Source: an uncultured archaeon (lineage in GTDB: Archaea; Nanobdellota; Nanobdellia; Pacearchaeales; GW2011-AR1). Taken from it: a DNA stretch of 64,000 nt. Location: the NCBI GenBank assembly GCA_902385655.1, contig CABMGO010000006.1, positions 10,329 to 74,328 on the forward strand. Reading direction: 5' to 3'. This document shows positions 62,245-64,000 of the stretch, one piece after another. The notes under the pieces are model-generated. The model was given only the letters and a program-made list of their open reading frames with translations. It had not been told where the DNA came from and ran no database searches. Position 1 is the stretch's first letter. Every line of letters begins with the position of its first letter. The position numbers and the translations under genes are program-made.

Positions 62245-62841
62245 TTATTTTTTTGGAAATTGATTTTCAGTTTCTTCCAAAACTTTTTCCCAAACACTTC
62301 TACTTGGCAAAACCCATTCGAGATTCAATCTTTCAAATTCAATCGGCGACCAAATCGCAAGTTGAGGTAAACAGTAGCTTCCTCTATATTCAAAAACTGG
62401 AACTCTAGACTCCCAATACTTTTTACATGCATAGCTCATTGTTTCATGATTGCTCTTTCCCTGTCGTTTAGATTCTCTATACAATTCATTTTCCATATAC
62501 GCTCTTTCGACGACATATGCTTTATCTTTAGGAGTTAAATCAAAACTAATTAATGCAAGATTATCGGTCCTGCATAAATCATGAAATAAATATTGCCAGA
62601 CTCCTGGGAATTTTGCATTTTTCGTCCAAGATAAGGGTTTTGGAGACAACAAACCTTCAATGACTCCCTCGTAAGCAATATTCGGGAGATTTTTTCCTTG
62701 TCCAATTCGTATAAATCTTTTTCTAGGAATTATTCCCTTAAATGTATCGAGACTTCCTACAAAGTGCCCGCTTATTCCTCCTCTTTTCATTGAACGCAAA
62801 GCTTCTAAATTTGTATAGTGATATGCTCTAATTTCCTCCAT
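62245..62841 (-). CDS. hypothetical protein inserted between rpl15 and secY
   Basis: 198 aa, no motif recognised. Confidence 0.5.
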   Translation of the reverse strand: MEEIRAYHYTNLEALRSMKRGGISGHFVGSLDTFKGIIPRKRFIRIGQGKNLPNIAYEGVIEGLLSPKPLSWTKNAKFPGVWQYLFHDLCRTDNLALISFDLTPKDKAYVVERAYMENELYRESKRQGKSNHETMSYACKKYWESRVPVFEYRGSYCLPQLAIWSPIEFERLNLEWVLPSRSVWEKVLEETENQFPKK

Positions 62842-62853
62842 TTTACTATTCTT

Positions 62854-63042
62854 TTATTTTTCTCCCTTCAATTTATTATGTTCCGCAGTATAAGCCTGAT
62901 GTCCTCTTTCCCATAATCTTCCAGTATTCATATCTCTTCTAAATGGGCATTCGTTATATTGGACTCCTCTAGCTGCATCAATAGTTCCCAAAACCCAATA
63001 TAATGCAAGAGGATCTCCAACTTTTGGCCTTTCTTCTGTCAT
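62854..63042 (-). CDS. small protein with Rmf/CrpP-like motif
   Basis: 62 aa from ATG 63042; ARGVQYNECPFRRDMNTGRLWERGHQA resembles the RMF core G..CP(Y/F)-x8-W..G(W/H). Confidence 0.3.
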   Translation of the reverse strand: MTEERPKVGDPLALYWVLGTIDAARGVQYNECPFRRDMNTGRLWERGHQAYTAEHNKLKGEK

Positions 63043-63082
63043 AATTTTTCCTTCGCCTAATTTTCCCAAGAATCCTAACTTC

Positions 63083-63628
63083 TTATTTCTTCTGTTTTTG
63101 TGTAGCTTTTGGTTTTTCTGATTTCACCTCTGCCACTTTTTTCCCTTCGGTTTTTTCCTCGGCTTTCTCAGAAGAGACTTCCTTTGTTGAATCTGATTTT
63201 TCGACTGGTAAAACAATTTTTCCGCCAGCTTTTTCCATTTTCTCTATTGCAGATTTTGAAGCACTCGCAGCATGGATTTCAGCTTTGAAACCTTCGCCGT
63301 CTCCCAAAATTTTATGTTCTTTCAATTCTATTTTTTGACCATCTTTTTGGAAAAGATTTGCTTTAATATCTTTCAAATTAATTTGTTCAGTTCTTTTCTT
63401 CTGAGTTGATGCAGAAGTCATACCTTGTTTACCAAAATAACTCTTGAATCCAGCTTCGATAGCCATCATATAAGCTTTCTGTTGGATCTGGCTTCCTCTC
63501 TTACCTGTACCAGACATACCGAAACCGCCCTTGTTACCATGGCCCTTATGTTTCTTTCTAAAACCATAGCCTCCGCTTCTACTTCCTCTCAATCTTGTTC
63601 TCTTATTTCTTTTATGTACTTTTACCAT
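63083..63628 (-). CDS. rpl15: 50S ribosomal protein L15 (uL15) with K/E-rich C-terminal tail
   Basis: GSRSGGYG...GHGNKGG...GTGKRG N-terminal pattern; TAATG overlap with rpl30. Confidence 0.85.
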   Translation of the reverse strand: MVKVHKRNKRTRLRGSRSGGYGFRKKHKGHGNKGGFGMSGTGKRGSQIQQKAYMMAIEAGFKSYFGKQGMTSASTQKKRTEQINLKDIKANLFQKDGQKIELKEHKILGDGEGFKAEIHAASASKSAIEKMEKAGGKIVLPVEKSDSTKEVSSEKAEEKTEGKKVAEVKSEKPKATQKQKK

Positions 63629-63987
63629 TAAATCATCCTAGACAACAATTTACTTATATCTTCATGTTTTCCTAAAACTCCTTTAGGGAAAGTCATTTGA
63701 GTAGACTTTTTGAAACCGCCAATTGGTGGATGCATTCTACAGAATCCTCTGAAATTTCCTTTAACATCTTTCTGTCCTCTCTTTGCAATTACTTCGTCCA
63801 TTAATTTTTTATCAACAGTTCCATATGCAACAAAATTCTTAACTTTTTCAAGCATTCCCATTTTAACTATGTCTTTTTCGTCTACAAATATACATGTCAA
63901 CTTTTTCATCATTTTCAATCTATTAAGAGTTTCCTTAATATCTTGGTTGATATTTACTTGCCCTGCGATTCTTATTATTGCTATCAT
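63628..63987 (-). CDS. rpl30: 50S ribosomal protein L30 (uL30)
   Basis: IAIIRIAGQVNINQDIKETLNRLKM pattern and position upstream of rpl15. Confidence 0.8.
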   Translation of the reverse strand: MIAIIRIAGQVNINQDIKETLNRLKMMKKLTCIFVDEKDIVKMGMLEKVKNFVAYGTVDKKLMDEVIAKRGQKDVKGNFRGFCRMHPPIGGFKKSTQMTFPKGVLGKHEDISKLLSRMI

Positions 63988-64000
63988 TTTATTCCTTTAA

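Overview
AT-rich, very compact archaeal chromosome segment. I infer a small-genome, DPANN-like archaeon from PolD, Orc1/Cdc6, Rpo subunits, archaeal-type ribosomal proteins and AglB. Many genes overlap by ATGA or TAATG, and several convergent genes abut stop-to-stop.

Layout:
- 0.4-7.8 kb: radical SAM, PolD DP2/DP1 and orc1/cdc6, followed by a predicted oriC at 7.97-8.16 kb.
- 9-13.4 kb: tRNA-Ser and an Lhr helicase / NDT-like / metallophosphoesterase block.
- 13.5-25.9 kb: accessory island with coiled-coil wHTH proteins, Cys-rich tandem genes, a serine recombinase with two recombinase-domain paralogs (one HNH-fused), a TldD-like protease, a large metallophosphoesterase, a PIN + RNA ligase operon and an RNA methylase. 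It interrupts the conserved rps9-rpoN synteny.
- 26-31.3 kb: ribosomal protein and RNA polymerase operons.
- 31.9-36.2 kb: secreted protein plus a MacB-type ABC transporter.
- 36.3-39.7 kb: rpoN, a solitary 5S rRNA, a leuA-like gene and tRNA-Leu, tRNA-Arg and an intron-containing tRNA-Gly.
- 39.7-42.3 kb: SecF/SecD.
- 43.8-58.3 kb: N-glycosylation locus (flippase, B12 radical SAM, methyltransferase, seven glycosyltransferase-type genes, AglB, GlcNAc-1-P transferase).
- 58.5-64 kb: SpoIIM-like, aIF-2B-like, DUF106 insertase, SecY, L15 and L30.

Most notable observations:
1. A repeated multi-hairpin module with compensatory base changes fills stop-to-ATG gaps at five loci. One locus has three tandem units chained by ATGA-overlapping small ORFs.
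2. The recombinase-bearing island carries a PIN / RNA ligase / RNA methylase / phosphoesterase / TldD gene set that looks like an undescribed RNA cut-and-repair or conflict system.
3. A tRNA-Leu carries an A34 (AAG) anticodon.
4. Bacterial-type ribosome hibernation-like proteins (HPF-like, Rmf-like) sit inside ribosomal gene clusters.

All product calls come from motif reading by eye. No database search was run.
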